Virus record (IMG/VR): IMGVR_UViG_3300034782_000062
Span: 118,771 to 182,770 of that record
Length of the DNA stretch: 64,000 nucleotides
Strand: one strand, 5' to 3'
From: a virus
Below are positions 1-11,700 of the stretch, piece after piece; positions within the stretch are counted from its first letter, which is position 1; every line of letters starts with the position of its first letter. The translations under genes and the position numbers were made by a program. The notes below the pieces were generated by a model that saw only the letters and a list, made by a program, of their open reading frames with translations, was not told where the DNA came from and searched no databases.

Positions 1-744
1 GAAAGATATGCAGCGTACACGGTGCACCAGTTCATGCAAGACGGCACCGATGATAACGACGTTCGGATGGCCCTCGCTGGTCGTCAGCGTATGGACTACT
101 CTGACAGCTTCAGCGGCTACCTGGAGGGCTGTGACGAGGTTGCCCTTCAGGGTAAGACCGAGCAGTGGCTCGACGACAACAACGAGTTCGGAGAGTTTCT
201 CGACGAGACGTCGACAAATCATACAAAGATCGTCGTGTGCGCGCCTCATGGCGGCATCATTGAAAACTACACCGACGAAGAGGCCGAGCGCGTCTACTCG
301 GAGCTTGATGGTCAGGGTAAGGATGTTTCGTCCTGGCGATGCAAAGGATGGCAGGACGCCATTGGCGCCTACGATGCCTGGCACATCACCTCGACAGAAA
401 TCAGCCCTGAGAGCTTCCCGCTTCTTGGGTCGATCCAGAATCGCGGCTTCGATTACGCCGTGTCTTTTCATGGTTACGGCGAGGCGGACATTGCGGTCGG
501 AGGAGGCGCCCCTGTGGCGCTTAAGCAGGAAATCGCCGACGCCATCGCGGCAATTTCGGGGCTCCCCTACGACGTGTCGGTGCTCACCGGTGGCGAGTAT
601 AGCGGAACGAGTCCTGACAACTTCGTCAACTGGCTGACATCCGCTGGAAACGGAATTCAGATCGAGCAGCCCTATGGCGCCCGACGGGACTACTGGCAGC
701 AGATAGCTGACGCTGTCGCTAGCGTCTTCGCGTCGAAGATCTGA
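1..744 (+). CDS. Poly-gamma-glutamate hydrolase-like (DUF867/PghP family) protein, 5'-truncated by window edge
   Basis: Frame is open from base 1. Motifs APHGGIIENYTDEEA, AVSFHG, SPDNFVNWLT and GIQIEQ match the HGGxIE...SxHG...N..N...G.Q.E pattern of this zinc peptidase family. Confidence 0.7.
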   Translation, partial: ERYAAYTVHQFMQDGTDDNDVRMALAGRQRMDYSDSFSGYLEGCDEVALQGKTEQWLDDNNEFGEFLDETSTNHTKIVVCAPHGGIIENYTDEEAERVYSELDGQGKDVSSWRCKGWQDAIGAYDAWHITSTEISPESFPLLGSIQNRGFDYAVSFHGYGEADIAVGGGAPVALKQEIADAIAAISGLPYDVSVLTGGEYSGTSPDNFVNWLTSAGNGIQIEQPYGARRDYWQQIADAVASVFASKI

Positions 745-756
745 TTCGGAGGGTCC

Positions 757-1041
757 ATGGCCGAGGAACGACATGCTCATCAGGAGAATTACCCCTACCA
801 CGAGGAGCATTACGACGGTGGGAAGCTGGCGCACGAGATTTTTGCCGCTGGCTATGAGTCAAGCGCTATCGTTCATCCGTCGTCGCGCGTGGACTACAAC
901 TACCAAGGGAATGTCCTGATCGGTGAGACTGTGACTACGAGGGATGAGGATGGAAACGTCGTTTCGACGGTCGAGTACGAGTGGTACACCGAAAAGGTCG
1001 GCAATAAAGAGACACGACGCAAAGTGAGGGTGCAGCCATGA
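757..1041 (+). CDS. Hypothetical protein (virion module)
   Basis: ATG with GGAGG RBS; the stop overlaps the next start. Confidence 0.65.
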   Translation: MAEERHAHQENYPYHEEHYDGGKLAHEIFAAGYESSAIVHPSSRVDYNYQGNVLIGETVTTRDEDGNVVSTVEYEWYTEKVGNKETRRKVRVQP

Positions 1042-1805
1042 CGGCAGGAATACCAGGAACGAGAGGCATCGTCCTCCCGACGATGACTGATGACGGTCGT
1101 CTGACTGTCGCGGCTCGACCTCACTACAATAACATGGACTGGCCCGATTTCTGGGCAGACCGTGGAGACGATCTCGATGCTGTTGCTCCGGCTCGAAGTG
1201 TTTCGATGGGCCAGGATATGTTCGTCAGCGGGAGTTCCGAAGGTGATCACGATATTGCTTTCAGGTTCAACGAGGCGGTCCAGGTCCGTGGAGGAGAGGC
1301 TTGGCTATTAACTCCGTTTAACAGGCTCGACTTTGCAAGCGTTGAGCTTTTTGCATCGGCGACACCTGTGGTTGAAAACGCTGGATCAGGTAACTGCAAC
1401 CTAATTCCGACTGGAGCTGGGTTCAACGTTATCGTACCGGATGCTGAGGGCGATGGGTCGCACGACGTTGACTTGGAAGCCAAGATTGGGACCTCCGCGG
1501 TGCATCAAGCGTCTATCGTTCCAGCATCTGCTGGCAACGGATTTTTTGACTACGACCTGGACACGAACGTGATCACCCCGAATGAATCGCAGGAAGGTGG
1601 CTACAATCTCTACGATGCTGAGATCCGTCTCCAGCGTTTTTTGAACCACGTTCGGATTCGAGAGGAGCTTACGAGCTTTATGGGGCAAGAAGCGAAGTTG
1701 GTGCTGCCCCATTGGAGCTGGCGCGTCATTCTTCATCATGGTGCAGGAAGTCACAACGTTGAGCTGTGCTTCCGCCTCATGATGTACAGGCAGACTTCGT
1801 ACTAG
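1038..1805 (+). CDS. Hypothetical virion-associated protein
   Basis: 255 aa, beta-rich composition, coupled to neighbours. Confidence 0.65.
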   Translation: MTAGIPGTRGIVLPTMTDDGRLTVAARPHYNNMDWPDFWADRGDDLDAVAPARSVSMGQDMFVSGSSEGDHDIAFRFNEAVQVRGGEAWLLTPFNRLDFASVELFASATPVVENAGSGNCNLIPTGAGFNVIVPDAEGDGSHDVDLEAKIGTSAVHQASIVPASAGNGFFDYDLDTNVITPNESQEGGYNLYDAEIRLQRFLNHVRIREELTSFMGQEAKLVLPHWSWRVILHHGAGSHNVELCFRLMMYRQTSY

Positions 1806-1818
1806 ACAGGTAATATCG

Positions 1819-3786
1819 ATGAGCAACATCTTCATAACAGGAATAAGTGGCAGTGGCATCTACGCGGTTCCGGAAGACGCTGCGGCGCTTCAGTCCGCTG
1901 AGGCCGGGCTCCAGACCCTTCTCTCGGGTGTAATGGGGCTCTCCTTCGATAAGGCGTATTCCTGGGTGAAGACGTCGGATGGGGCTGGTGCATCGAGGAC
2001 GCTCAACTGTCTCCTCGTCAACGCTCAATACATGGGCGTTATGTGCCCAAGCTCTGCTCAGATAGCGGCCATGACCGCAGCCATTCAGACGCAGCTCCTT
2101 GGTGACCCAAACATCGTTTCTGTATCCGTGCAGGACGTCAACCTTGTCATCGATTCAGGGGGCGCCGGTATCTGGCTTCGTAACTCGGCCACCGGCAGGG
2201 TCGAGCTGGTAGACCCTGGTGACTTTGTGTCGCTTGGCGGAATCGGTGATCCATCAAGTCTCTTTGTCGGAGAGGGTTCAAGTGAGGAGCCGTCCGCTCC
2301 GACGTCGTATCTGTACGAGTATGATAGCTCTGCTCCTTCTGGTTCGAGGTTTACACAGATCGATCCTTCAAGCGGATTCCCATGGACACAGCTCGGCGGA
2401 ATCAATGACGCTCTCTACATTGGCGTAGATAGCAAGCACTACGCGTGGATATTCGAGGTGGCGACGGCAAAGGATTCTACGCCTGTAGTAGTGGAGATTT
2501 GGAATGGGGCGAGCTGGGATCCGTTTGACAAAGCAACCTATCCCCAAGGCGTTGATACAAACAGGGGTCCAAATTTCTGGGAGAACATTGAGATCCAAGT
2601 CGTGCAGGTTGACAAATATGTCGAGCAGTCCACCTGGGCGCAGGCAGATAATGTTTTGGATGAGGTTCCCAATACGGGCACCTCACTGTATTGGGTGAGG
2701 TTCCGCAATACAGCAGTTGTCGGTACCTCGGCCGTAATCGCAAGCATCAATCTCCGGGGGAGCGGATTTGAGTACAACGGTGTCGCCGAGGCAATGAGGC
2801 TTTGGGGCACCGCCCGGAAGCGAGTCCGAGAAAGATTCTTTCTTGCAAACATGGTTCTCGGCGAGCCCCCATGGGTGAATTTTTCTGATATCACCGCGGT
2901 GACGTCGTCGATGCCAAACCCGGGAAGCACATCGCGACGAATCCATGTCTTCGGAACCTCGCAGCCGAGCAATCTCAACGCTCAGTGGAAGGGGTATGCG
3001 GTTCACCAATCAGGAAGCTGGACATGGATAGATGGAAATGCTGGACACCGTCGGTGGATGGTACTCTGTTTTATTGCGGGGTCGGGGCCTGGGGCGTGGC
3101 ATATCAATGCTGGTGACAACATAACACTCACGGTTGATGGTAATCCGTTTACCGTTTACCTGCCTGAGCTAGAGATCGTAGAGGGGCAAGAGGTATATCT
3201 CTATGTGGACCAGAACGGTAGCACATACAATGCCGCTGGAATCTACGCTCCCGACTTCTTCTCGCTCGCCTATCAGGCGCCGACTGGCTATTCGCCAGCA
3301 AGGAGGGGGCTCGGTCCAGCCGCTGGTGCCCCTGACGGAGAACTCCAGTCCGGAGGAATGAGCTACGAGAACGATCACAGGATGGGTGTTTCGTTCACCT
3401 ATGTGCTTCCACCGGCACTTGATAACGGCTCGAAGCTGAGAATCTTTCTTGGCCTGGCCCCGGGCGGAACGGGCAACTACGACTGGCACGTCGATGCCAA
3501 GGCACTGAGTTTGGGAGATCAGGTCGGGGCTATTTTTCCGCCTGATATATCGTTTGACACGATTATCACCTACACGCCTGCCGAGTCTGGACGAGTCCAA
3601 TCGACGCTTCTGTCGACCGACTACTCAAGAATGATTTCGGTTGAAGGAATCGATGATCGAGGCGGTGTAGTAATCAGGCTTGCCAGGGACGCAACGATTG
3701 CGAACCCCAATGATACTGGTGGAGATATCGTGATCGTCGAGTTTGGGGTCGAGTACGTTGTACAAGACCTTGGCCGTGCATCATAA
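1819..3786 (+). CDS. Tail/baseplate-associated structural protein
   Basis: 655 aa; N-terminal ~110 aa similar to the N-termini of the next two genes. Confidence 0.65.
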   Translation: MSNIFITGISGSGIYAVPEDAAALQSAEAGLQTLLSGVMGLSFDKAYSWVKTSDGAGASRTLNCLLVNAQYMGVMCPSSAQIAAMTAAIQTQLLGDPNIVSVSVQDVNLVIDSGGAGIWLRNSATGRVELVDPGDFVSLGGIGDPSSLFVGEGSSEEPSAPTSYLYEYDSSAPSGSRFTQIDPSSGFPWTQLGGINDALYIGVDSKHYAWIFEVATAKDSTPVVVEIWNGASWDPFDKATYPQGVDTNRGPNFWENIEIQVVQVDKYVEQSTWAQADNVLDEVPNTGTSLYWVRFRNTAVVGTSAVIASINLRGSGFEYNGVAEAMRLWGTARKRVRERFFLANMVLGEPPWVNFSDITAVTSSMPNPGSTSRRIHVFGTSQPSNLNAQWKGYAVHQSGSWTWIDGNAGHRRWMVLCFIAGSGPGAWHINAGDNITLTVDGNPFTVYLPELEIVEGQEVYLYVDQNGSTYNAAGIYAPDFFSLAYQAPTGYSPARRGLGPAAGAPDGELQSGGMSYENDHRMGVSFTYVLPPALDNGSKLRIFLGLAPGGTGNYDWHVDAKALSLGDQVGAIFPPDISFDTIITYTPAESGRVQSTLLSTDYSRMISVEGIDDRGGVVIRLARDATIANPNDTGGDIVIVEFGVEYVVQDLGRAS

Positions 3787-3807
3787 CGAGGCGTTTGGAG
3801 AGATACG

Positions 3808-6800
3808 ATGAGTAACATTTTCGTCACAGACATCATCGGTACCGGAACCTATGCCGTTCCTACGGACGATACGGAGCTTGCCTCTGCGTCCTCAGGACTT
3901 AACACGTTGCTTGGTGGCGTCGCGAACTTGACCTACGATCGCGTTTTGGCGTGGGTCGAGGACTCCGGTGGTCCAGGTGGCGCTGAAGGCAATCGAACCC
4001 TGAACTGCCTCATCGAAAAATTCACCTATCTAACAGACGAATGTCCGTCTGAGGCCAACGTCGACACGATGATCGCCGCGATTGAGTCGACGCTTGAAGC
4101 CGATGCCAACATCACGTCCGTCGACAGGCAGGATGTACACATCTTCCAGGCGGGCGCCTACTTCTTGTGGAATCGAGACTCCGCCGGTGGGTTCCTCTAT
4201 CCGAACACGGCGACCGACGATGTCGCGGTTGGGCCGTTCGCAAGTCCAAACGGTAAGTGGTTCGACGATGGTGACCTCGTCCTGGGGACGGACGCCATGG
4301 TCGGCGCCGAGCAGCTCTATATCCTCGATGACGATGAGACGGCGAACAACGTTGGTGCGAGGGCTCGTACCGAGAAGGATTCGACCGGAACAAAAGCCGG
4401 ATGGACAGGCTTCGTTTCAGAGGTGCAGCACACAGGAGCAGGCCCCGGAACCCTCTATCTTGGCTTCGCTTCCTCGAACACCTACAACAACGCTGCTGCT
4501 GATATCGATGATGACATCGGATTTGTCTGTAACCCAACCGTCACGGCTGTCAATTCCTTCGATAGGCTGACTGGGTTCTTCTCACAGCCTACGATTGCGG
4601 CCGGGCAGACGGTCACTCGATATAAGGGTGTGTCGATCGATGGCATCAATGGCGCAGGCACGGTAACGACGTCGACAGGGATCGAGGTCAACGACGTCGG
4701 TCTCAACTCGACGACGACCTACGGAATCGAGATTGACGCTCAGACCGGAACGACAGCACGCGGCATCTACTGCGATGACTCCATCGAGCTGACGGGCACC
4801 ATCGTTATCGGAGAGAACGCCGACCATACGGTGGCTCCAGCGGCCGGAACAGGGCTGCTGTGGGTGCGGAGCGATACACCGAACCGGGTTATTTTCACAG
4901 ATGACGCCGGCACTGATCAGGTGCTCCAGTTTGGCTGGACCGAGTCCGAGGTCATCTACGTCGCAAAGTTCGGAAGTGACGCGAACGATGGCCAGTCGCT
5001 CACCGAGCCAAAGTTGACGGTTGGTGCGGCTATTACAGCCGCTGCGGCTCTGACTCCAAGCGCAACGAACCCGATCGTTATCTACGTATACCCAGGTGTC
5101 TACTCCGAGCAGATTGTTCTGTCGAGCGATTATGTATCGCTGTTCGGTGTTGGTGGTCCTGACAGCGTGATCATTGAAGACGATACGGATGCGAGCCAAG
5201 TCCTCAGGATGGGGGCTTGTGACAATATCGAGGTGCGAAACATTCACTTCCGTGGCATCACGAACAACGTTGACGCTATTACCTGTGCTCAATTCACACT
5301 GAACAACATTTTCAGGAATTGCAAGTTTACGTCAAAGGGGACCGGGCGATCGGAGCTTGATGGTGGGTTCGCAAGCAACCGCCTGGTCATGGATTTTTAT
5401 AACTGTGTATTCACACACGCGGACAATGATGGTGTGAACGATCCTGTCGCCATCTTTATGGATGACGCGACCCTCAACTTCAACGACTGCACCTTCGAGG
5501 GTCGAGGCACCGTGAATAACGGTGTCATCAGCGTTTACAAGAGCTGCAAGTTCAGAGCCGCGACAAGTGCAGCGGCGACGCCTATATGGACGTTTACTAG
5601 CGCGGTTACGATGCTGGGGTGTGACGCCGAAAACACCAACGTTGGTAACGTCTTCGAGCTTGATGTAGCTGGATGCCAATTCCTTGGTGGACGACTATGG
5701 GCGGGCAGTGATGCCTCGGCGCGCGAGCTTTCTTCGACATTCACAACAAAATGGAGGGTCGCCTGCTCCGGTGTCGTGATGAACAACGGCATGGCAGGCA
5801 CCATCTACCGGGACGAGCTGATTCACTACGTCGGTGACTCCGGGGACTGCGACTTCCACGTCTCGCTCGAAGCTGCTTGCGACGGCCTGCTCAACACAGG
5901 TGGGACCGTCTACCTCATGCGCGATGTGACGGTTGGCTCGAACATCGACAACCAGCATCAGTCTCTGACCATCGACGGGATGAACAACTACAGCATTGAC
6001 CGTGGAAGCGATGCGCTGTTGTTCGAGCAGAACGGCTTCGACCCCCAGGTCTTCACGCTGAAGAACGTCGAGATTATCCAGGGCCGGATCGAGTGGGACA
6101 GGGTACAGGCCGGAGTGCTTAACCTAGTACAGGTTACTGGTGGAACGCGCATCATTATCGACAACTACGTCGCCGGCAAAGAGGTCAATATCCAGAACTG
6201 CGATATCACCGTCGCGGCGACGGACCAGCCATTTATCGACTTCATCGGGGGCGCTGCCTGCCCGCTGATTATCCGGCAGTCGAGACTGGAGGGTAATGGT
6301 ACGCAGCCGGCGATCGATCTTGATGTCTCCGCGACAGCTCTGGATGTGTCCTACTCGGTGCTGACCGAGGGCTCAACGGCGGGGACACCGATCTCGAATC
6401 CTCCTGGCGCTGTATCGATGATCAGTCATCACAATCTTTACAGCACAAGCCCGTTCGGAGGTAACCTCTCAAACAGTGTTACGAACCCCTACGATTCTCC
6501 GATCGGATCGGCTGGAGCAAGCCCGTGGACGAGTGCCGCTGGCGTCATCTATCCGGCGACGGGTACCGATGATGTCGCAATTGGCTCGACGACGATGGCG
6601 GGAGCTGAGCGTCTCTACATCCTTGATGAGGATGAGACAGGGAATATCGTCGGGGCCAGGGCGCGAGTAGAGAAGGACTCGACGGGAACGAAGGCCCAGT
6701 GGACTGGGTATGTAGCCGAAGTGCAGCACACAGGCACAGGCGCTGGGACTCTGTACATTGGTTTCGCCTCGTCGAACACTTTCAATAATGCCTCGGCCGA

Positions 6801-8661
6801 CATCGACGACGACATCGGGTTCGTTTACAACCCGACGATTACGGCGGTCAACTCCTTCGACCGTGCGGCTGGTCTGCTTGTTCAGCCGACGGTCGCGGCT
6901 GGTCAGACCCTCACGACATACAAGGCTGTTTCTATTGACGGAGTCAATGGTACAGGAACGATCACGACATCGACGGGTGTCGATATCAACGACATCGGGC
7001 TCAATTCGACGACGACCTACGGGATTTATATTGCCGCTCAGACTGGAACGACGACTTGGGGCATTTACCAAGCCGGCACGGGAGAGCAAAACTACTTCGC
7101 GGGTCAGGCGACCTTTGGAACGACGTCTCCTCTGACTACCCGCAGGGTCTATGTCGAGGTGGATGACGGTGAGTCGTACACTCGGGGTGTCGAGGCGAGG
7201 TTTGTCAAGAATGGGGCCTCGGGCGCGCAATCCTTTACCGGCTTTGAAGCATCGGTAAGGCACACAGGTAATCAGGCTGGCTTGTCCTATTTCGGGTATT
7301 CGATGGACATCAACTTCTCGCCGAGCGCTACTCAGAACTTGACGAGGCTTGTTGGTTACGAGTCTGCTCCTGGCTCAGGAAGTAACGCGACGATCTCAGA
7401 AATCGTCGGATTCCGGGCCACCACTGACGAGCTTGATGGCGCCATTACCAACTGGTATGGGCTCGAAGTCGAGCAGCCGAATACCGTCGGAACTGGCATC
7501 ACGAACGCCTACGGTGTCTACATCGAGGATCAGAGTGGAAACACTCTTTCCTACGGGATCTATCAGGAGGCTGCGACGGACAGTAACTACTTTGCTGGAC
7601 ACATCGGCGTGGCGGTTACGCCGAGTGCCAGCTACTACGTCGCAGTTCAGGACAACGAGGACACCGCTATCAGAGCCGGTTTCCGTTCTGAGCTTGTCAA
7701 GGACGGAGCTGGTAACAACAAAGACTTCACCGGCTATCAGGCTTTTTTGACCCATAGCGGAACAGGGAGCATGTCGAATGCGAGAGGTTATGTGTTTAGC
7801 CTCTCGCAGTCGAACACCGGTGATATTTCAAGCTGCATCGCTTTTCAGGCTACGGCGACATCTTCTGCTTCTGGTGGAACCATTACGACCTATCAGGCAT
7901 TTCGGGCTGATGGCTCTGTTACGTCTGGACAGATCGCGACGGCTTATGGTTTTCGTGCCGCAAGCATGGAGGGGAATGCTGGTCAGTCTTGGGGCTTCTA
8001 TCAAGAAGGAGCGAGCGACAGAAACTACTTCGCTGGTGATACTGGACTCGGAGAGTCAAATCCGCAGTACATTCTGGACGTTGATGGAGACGTGAGATTC
8101 CAGGACCATATGAGCATTGGTCCTGTTGTCACGCCGGATAGCGAGAGAGGGATTGATCTTCGAATAGAGGCGGGCTCGGCTCCGGCTTCTACTTACGGCG
8201 TAGATGTTCTTTGCTATAAGAATACCACCGGCACCGCTACCTCGATGTACGGCTTCCGTGCAGATGGTCTTGTGAACGCTGGTACGGCTAATGACTTCCG
8301 TCATTTCGCTGCGGCGGGTGTGGGTGGTTCTGGAACGTACACGGCGGTATATGGCCTCTTCATAGATAGCCAATACTCGACATCGAACCCAACTGCGACA
8401 AACACTTACGGTATCTACCAGATCGGTTCGAATGATAAGAACTTCTTCCAGGGAAGTACTGGCTTCGGAGTTGGTGTGACTTCTCCAAGTTACACAATAG
8501 ACGTGAACGGAGACATCAACGTTCAGAGCGGAAATGTTTATCGTTTCAACGGTTCTGCCGGACTGACTGGAACCTATACGTTTGGCGGTGGGTCGTCAGG
8601 TGACATCGCCTCCATGACATTTGCTGGAGGTATTCTCATAGGTGTAACGACGGTTCCGTAG
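3808..8661 (+). CDS. Tail fibre/spike protein with central beta-helix-like domain
   Basis: 1617 aa, rich in G/T/S/A. VIYVAKFGSDANDG...VIYVYPGVYSE entry motif is typical of pectin-lyase-like beta-helices. Contains repeated beta modules. Confidence 0.75.
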   Translation: MSNIFVTDIIGTGTYAVPTDDTELASASSGLNTLLGGVANLTYDRVLAWVEDSGGPGGAEGNRTLNCLIEKFTYLTDECPSEANVDTMIAAIESTLEADANITSVDRQDVHIFQAGAYFLWNRDSAGGFLYPNTATDDVAVGPFASPNGKWFDDGDLVLGTDAMVGAEQLYILDDDETANNVGARARTEKDSTGTKAGWTGFVSEVQHTGAGPGTLYLGFASSNTYNNAAADIDDDIGFVCNPTVTAVNSFDRLTGFFSQPTIAAGQTVTRYKGVSIDGINGAGTVTTSTGIEVNDVGLNSTTTYGIEIDAQTGTTARGIYCDDSIELTGTIVIGENADHTVAPAAGTGLLWVRSDTPNRVIFTDDAGTDQVLQFGWTESEVIYVAKFGSDANDGQSLTEPKLTVGAAITAAAALTPSATNPIVIYVYPGVYSEQIVLSSDYVSLFGVGGPDSVIIEDDTDASQVLRMGACDNIEVRNIHFRGITNNVDAITCAQFTLNNIFRNCKFTSKGTGRSELDGGFASNRLVMDFYNCVFTHADNDGVNDPVAIFMDDATLNFNDCTFEGRGTVNNGVISVYKSCKFRAATSAAATPIWTFTSAVTMLGCDAENTNVGNVFELDVAGCQFLGGRLWAGSDASARELSSTFTTKWRVACSGVVMNNGMAGTIYRDELIHYVGDSGDCDFHVSLEAACDGLLNTGGTVYLMRDVTVGSNIDNQHQSLTIDGMNNYSIDRGSDALLFEQNGFDPQVFTLKNVEIIQGRIEWDRVQAGVLNLVQVTGGTRIIIDNYVAGKEVNIQNCDITVAATDQPFIDFIGGAACPLIIRQSRLEGNGTQPAIDLDVSATALDVSYSVLTEGSTAGTPISNPPGAVSMISHHNLYSTSPFGGNLSNSVTNPYDSPIGSAGASPWTSAAGVIYPATGTDDVAIGSTTMAGAERLYILDEDETGNIVGARARVEKDSTGTKAQWTGYVAEVQHTGTGAGTLYIGFASSNTFNNASADIDDDIGFVYNPTITAVNSFDRAAGLLVQPTVAAGQTLTTYKAVSIDGVNGTGTITTSTGVDINDIGLNSTTTYGIYIAAQTGTTTWGIYQAGTGEQNYFAGQATFGTTSPLTTRRVYVEVDDGESYTRGVEARFVKNGASGAQSFTGFEASVRHTGNQAGLSYFGYSMDINFSPSATQNLTRLVGYESAPGSGSNATISEIVGFRATTDELDGAITNWYGLEVEQPNTVGTGITNAYGVYIEDQSGNTLSYGIYQEAATDSNYFAGHIGVAVTPSASYYVAVQDNEDTAIRAGFRSELVKDGAGNNKDFTGYQAFLTHSGTGSMSNARGYVFSLSQSNTGDISSCIAFQATATSSASGGTITTYQAFRADGSVTSGQIATAYGFRAASMEGNAGQSWGFYQEGASDRNYFAGDTGLGESNPQYILDVDGDVRFQDHMSIGPVVTPDSERGIDLRIEAGSAPASTYGVDVLCYKNTTGTATSMYGFRADGLVNAGTANDFRHFAAAGVGGSGTYTAVYGLFIDSQYSTSNPTATNTYGIYQIGSNDKNFFQGSTGFGVGVTSPSYTIDVNGDINVQSGNVYRFNGSAGLTGTYTFGGGSSGDIASMTFAGGILIGVTTVP
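7113..7553 (+). repeat. 441-bp direct repeat, copy 1 (in fibre gene 3808-8661)
   Basis: Appears identical to 11980-12420 (offset 4867); identical peptide FGTTSPLTTRR...SGNTLSY. Confidence 0.9.
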
Positions 8662-8719
8662 AGAACAGCATAAACCAATCGTCTTTAGGACGGTATGTTA
8701 GGGCGCGAAGGGGAATAAA

Positions 8720-11700
8720 ATGAGCAACGACTATGTTACCGAAATCGTCGGCACCGGTACTTACGCCATTCCGTCGGATGACACGGAGCTGGCAGCCGCA
8801 ACCTCGGGGCTCGATACCCTGATCAGTGGCGTCGCGAACTTGACCTACGATCGCGTGCTCGCGTGGGTCGAGGACTCAGGTGGTCCTGGTGGCGCCGAAG
8901 GGGTCCGCACTCTCAACTGCGTCATAGAAAAGATTACCTACCTGGCGAACGAGTGCCCATCGGAGACCGAAATTGATACGATGACAGCGGCCATCGAGTC
9001 AGCACTTGAGGCTGACGCGAACATTACTTCGGTCGGCCGACAGAACTTCTCGTGCTTCGCTGCAACCGGTTCGAGCCAGCTCTGGCTCCAGGATCCTGGT
9101 GGGTTCCTCTATCCATCGACAACGACTGATGACGTAGCTGTAGGCGGCGCGATACCGAATGGCAAGTGGTTCGACGATGGCGACCTGGTCCTCGGCGGAA
9201 ACGTCATGTCCGGGACCGAGCGACTTAGGGTTTTTGGCGATGTGCTTGTAGATCAGGACGGCTCTGGCCGTGGAAATATTAATTTGCCAGCGACGGATAC
9301 AGCGCTTACGCGGGGAGTTTACGAGATCAACGGGTCACCCGCGCTAAGGGTTGAGAGTAATGCTCTTTACGTGGGCAATAGCGGGGCGTCGGGCGTATCC
9401 AAGGCAAGAAGTGTAGCTGTTGGCGAAGGCGCCCTGTCGTCAGTAGTTAACGGATCTGAGGAGAATGTTGCGGTTGGTTATCAGGCTCTGCAATCCCTGA
9501 CACTGAATAACGGCGAGTCTATCGCAGTTGGTTATCGGGCAGCACAGTCGGTTGTTCGTGCAGATCAGACTGTTGTCATTGGCTACGATGCCATGCAAAA
9601 CGCATCCATAACTGCAAATGAAAACGTTGTTGTTGGTGCGCGGGCATGTGAGAACAGTTCTCTAACATTCAACTCTAGCGTCATAATAGGCCACAGCGCA
9701 GCATTCACCGGCGGCGGTCCAACCCGTGGTGTATTTATTGGTCATCAGGCTGGTTACAGCATAACGAGTAACCCGACCGAAACCGTTGCTGTTGGATACC
9801 AGTCTCTCTACAACATTATCGGAACGGGCGGTCTTGGGGGCGACTATAATACGTGCGTCGGTTCCGAGTCAGGCCGTTCTCTTACAACTGGATCATATAA
9901 CACGTTTATTGGGTGGGAGTGCGGGCGAAATGCTGCGACGAACACTCAATCCAATGTAGCTGTTGGTTCGGGCGCCTTCCAGACCGTGGCGACGCCGAGT
10001 CGATGGAATATTGCAATCGGAAATAACTCTTTGGGTAATACCGGAGGTTCTGCTGTTGAGGGCAATGTTTCTATTGGGCACTCTGCTGGATCGACAGCAA
10101 CGGCTGGATACTGTGTTTACCTGGGATACAATGCAGGACAGGCAAACGCTACCAACAACCGGCTCTTCATCGAAAACTCAAGCGACCTAAATAACCCGCT
10201 AATCTATGGCGAGTTTGATGGCGGCGGTTATCTACGGGTTGGCGGCGGTATGACCATCGGAAACCCCAAGAGCGCTGCTCCGACCGGCGAGAGCGTGGAT
10301 GCCGTTTATCTCGACGATGGCACCAATACCACTTCGGGTAATCCAGGCTGGCGTTATCTTGTCAGCACTGGCCCCGACGTCTGGGCAGATGTCGGAGGAG
10401 GCGGCGGTGGGTCGAGCCCCTGGACGTCGGCCGCAGGTGTTATTTATCCGGCAACGATAACAGATGACGTAGCGATCGGAAGCAGCACCTTGAGTGGCGC
10501 TGCCAATGAGCACCTTTTTATAAAGGACACTGTAGAATCTGGTCTGTCGACAGGCGCATATATTCTGTTCGAAAAGAATGCAGCCGATGTCAAGGGGGCG
10601 TGGAACGGTGTCTACGTCCAGATCGATCATACTGGCAACTCAGGGCTTGCCACGGGTGGGTATACCAGTTTTTGGTCAGACGTTAACTGGAGCCCAGCCC
10701 AGACACTCAATAGTAATAAGGGATTTCTTAGTCAGCTCGATGTGGCGAACGCGAGCGGGGTGGTTAGTGATCATAAAGCTTTCCAGGCGGCGAGCCCGAC
10801 GGGTAGTGGAACGATCACGACCTCATATGGACTTTTCATCGACTCTATGAATGGGTCGACCAATAGTTATGGTGTCTACCAGAGCGGCACATCGGATCAG
10901 AACGTTTTTCGAGGCGACACCGTAGTTGGCGCTCTGACGATGTCGGGCACAGAACTGCTGAGAGTCGCAGGCAACTTGCGAGTCGATAACGACGCCGTAT
11001 TCGTAGAGCAATCTGACCATTCTACGACGCCCGCTGCGGGTATCGGCCTTCTTTGGGTGCGAAACGACTCGCCAAACGTGCTTGTCTTCACGGATGATGC
11101 TGGGACAGACACTGTTCTTGGTGCTGCAGGATCCTCTCCGTGGACATCTGCTGCAGGTGTGATCTATCCAAGTACTCTGACGGATACTGTTGCTGTCAAT
11201 TCAACCTCGATGTTGAGCAGTGAAAAGGTCTTTGTAAAAGACGATACAGAGGGCGGCTCCTCGGAGGGTCTCATTGTTCAGCTCGAAAAGGATGCAGCGA
11301 CGGCAAAAACGAACTGGACTGGTGTTGAGGTCGACACACTTCTAACGGGATCGTCGACGACCATTGTATCACCCACTTCGTTCCTGTCGGATATTAATCT
11401 CAACGTCGGAACTGCGTCGGTTACAGGTGTTGCGACAGGCTATCGTACTCAGTTGAACGTAGCCGGTTCTGCATCTGTTGCCTCATACATGGCCTTCCGA
11501 TCGGAGAGTCCTACTGTCTTCGGGACTTTGACCAACTCGTATGGGCTCTATATCGAGTCGATGAATGGAGGAACGAATAGTTACGGTGTTTTCCAGCAGG
11601 GATCCGGAGACATAAACTACTTTGCGGGTAATACTGCAATTGGTATTACAACACCAACGTCCTCCGATATTCTATTGGTGAATAATGGCGTTGCGTCAGG

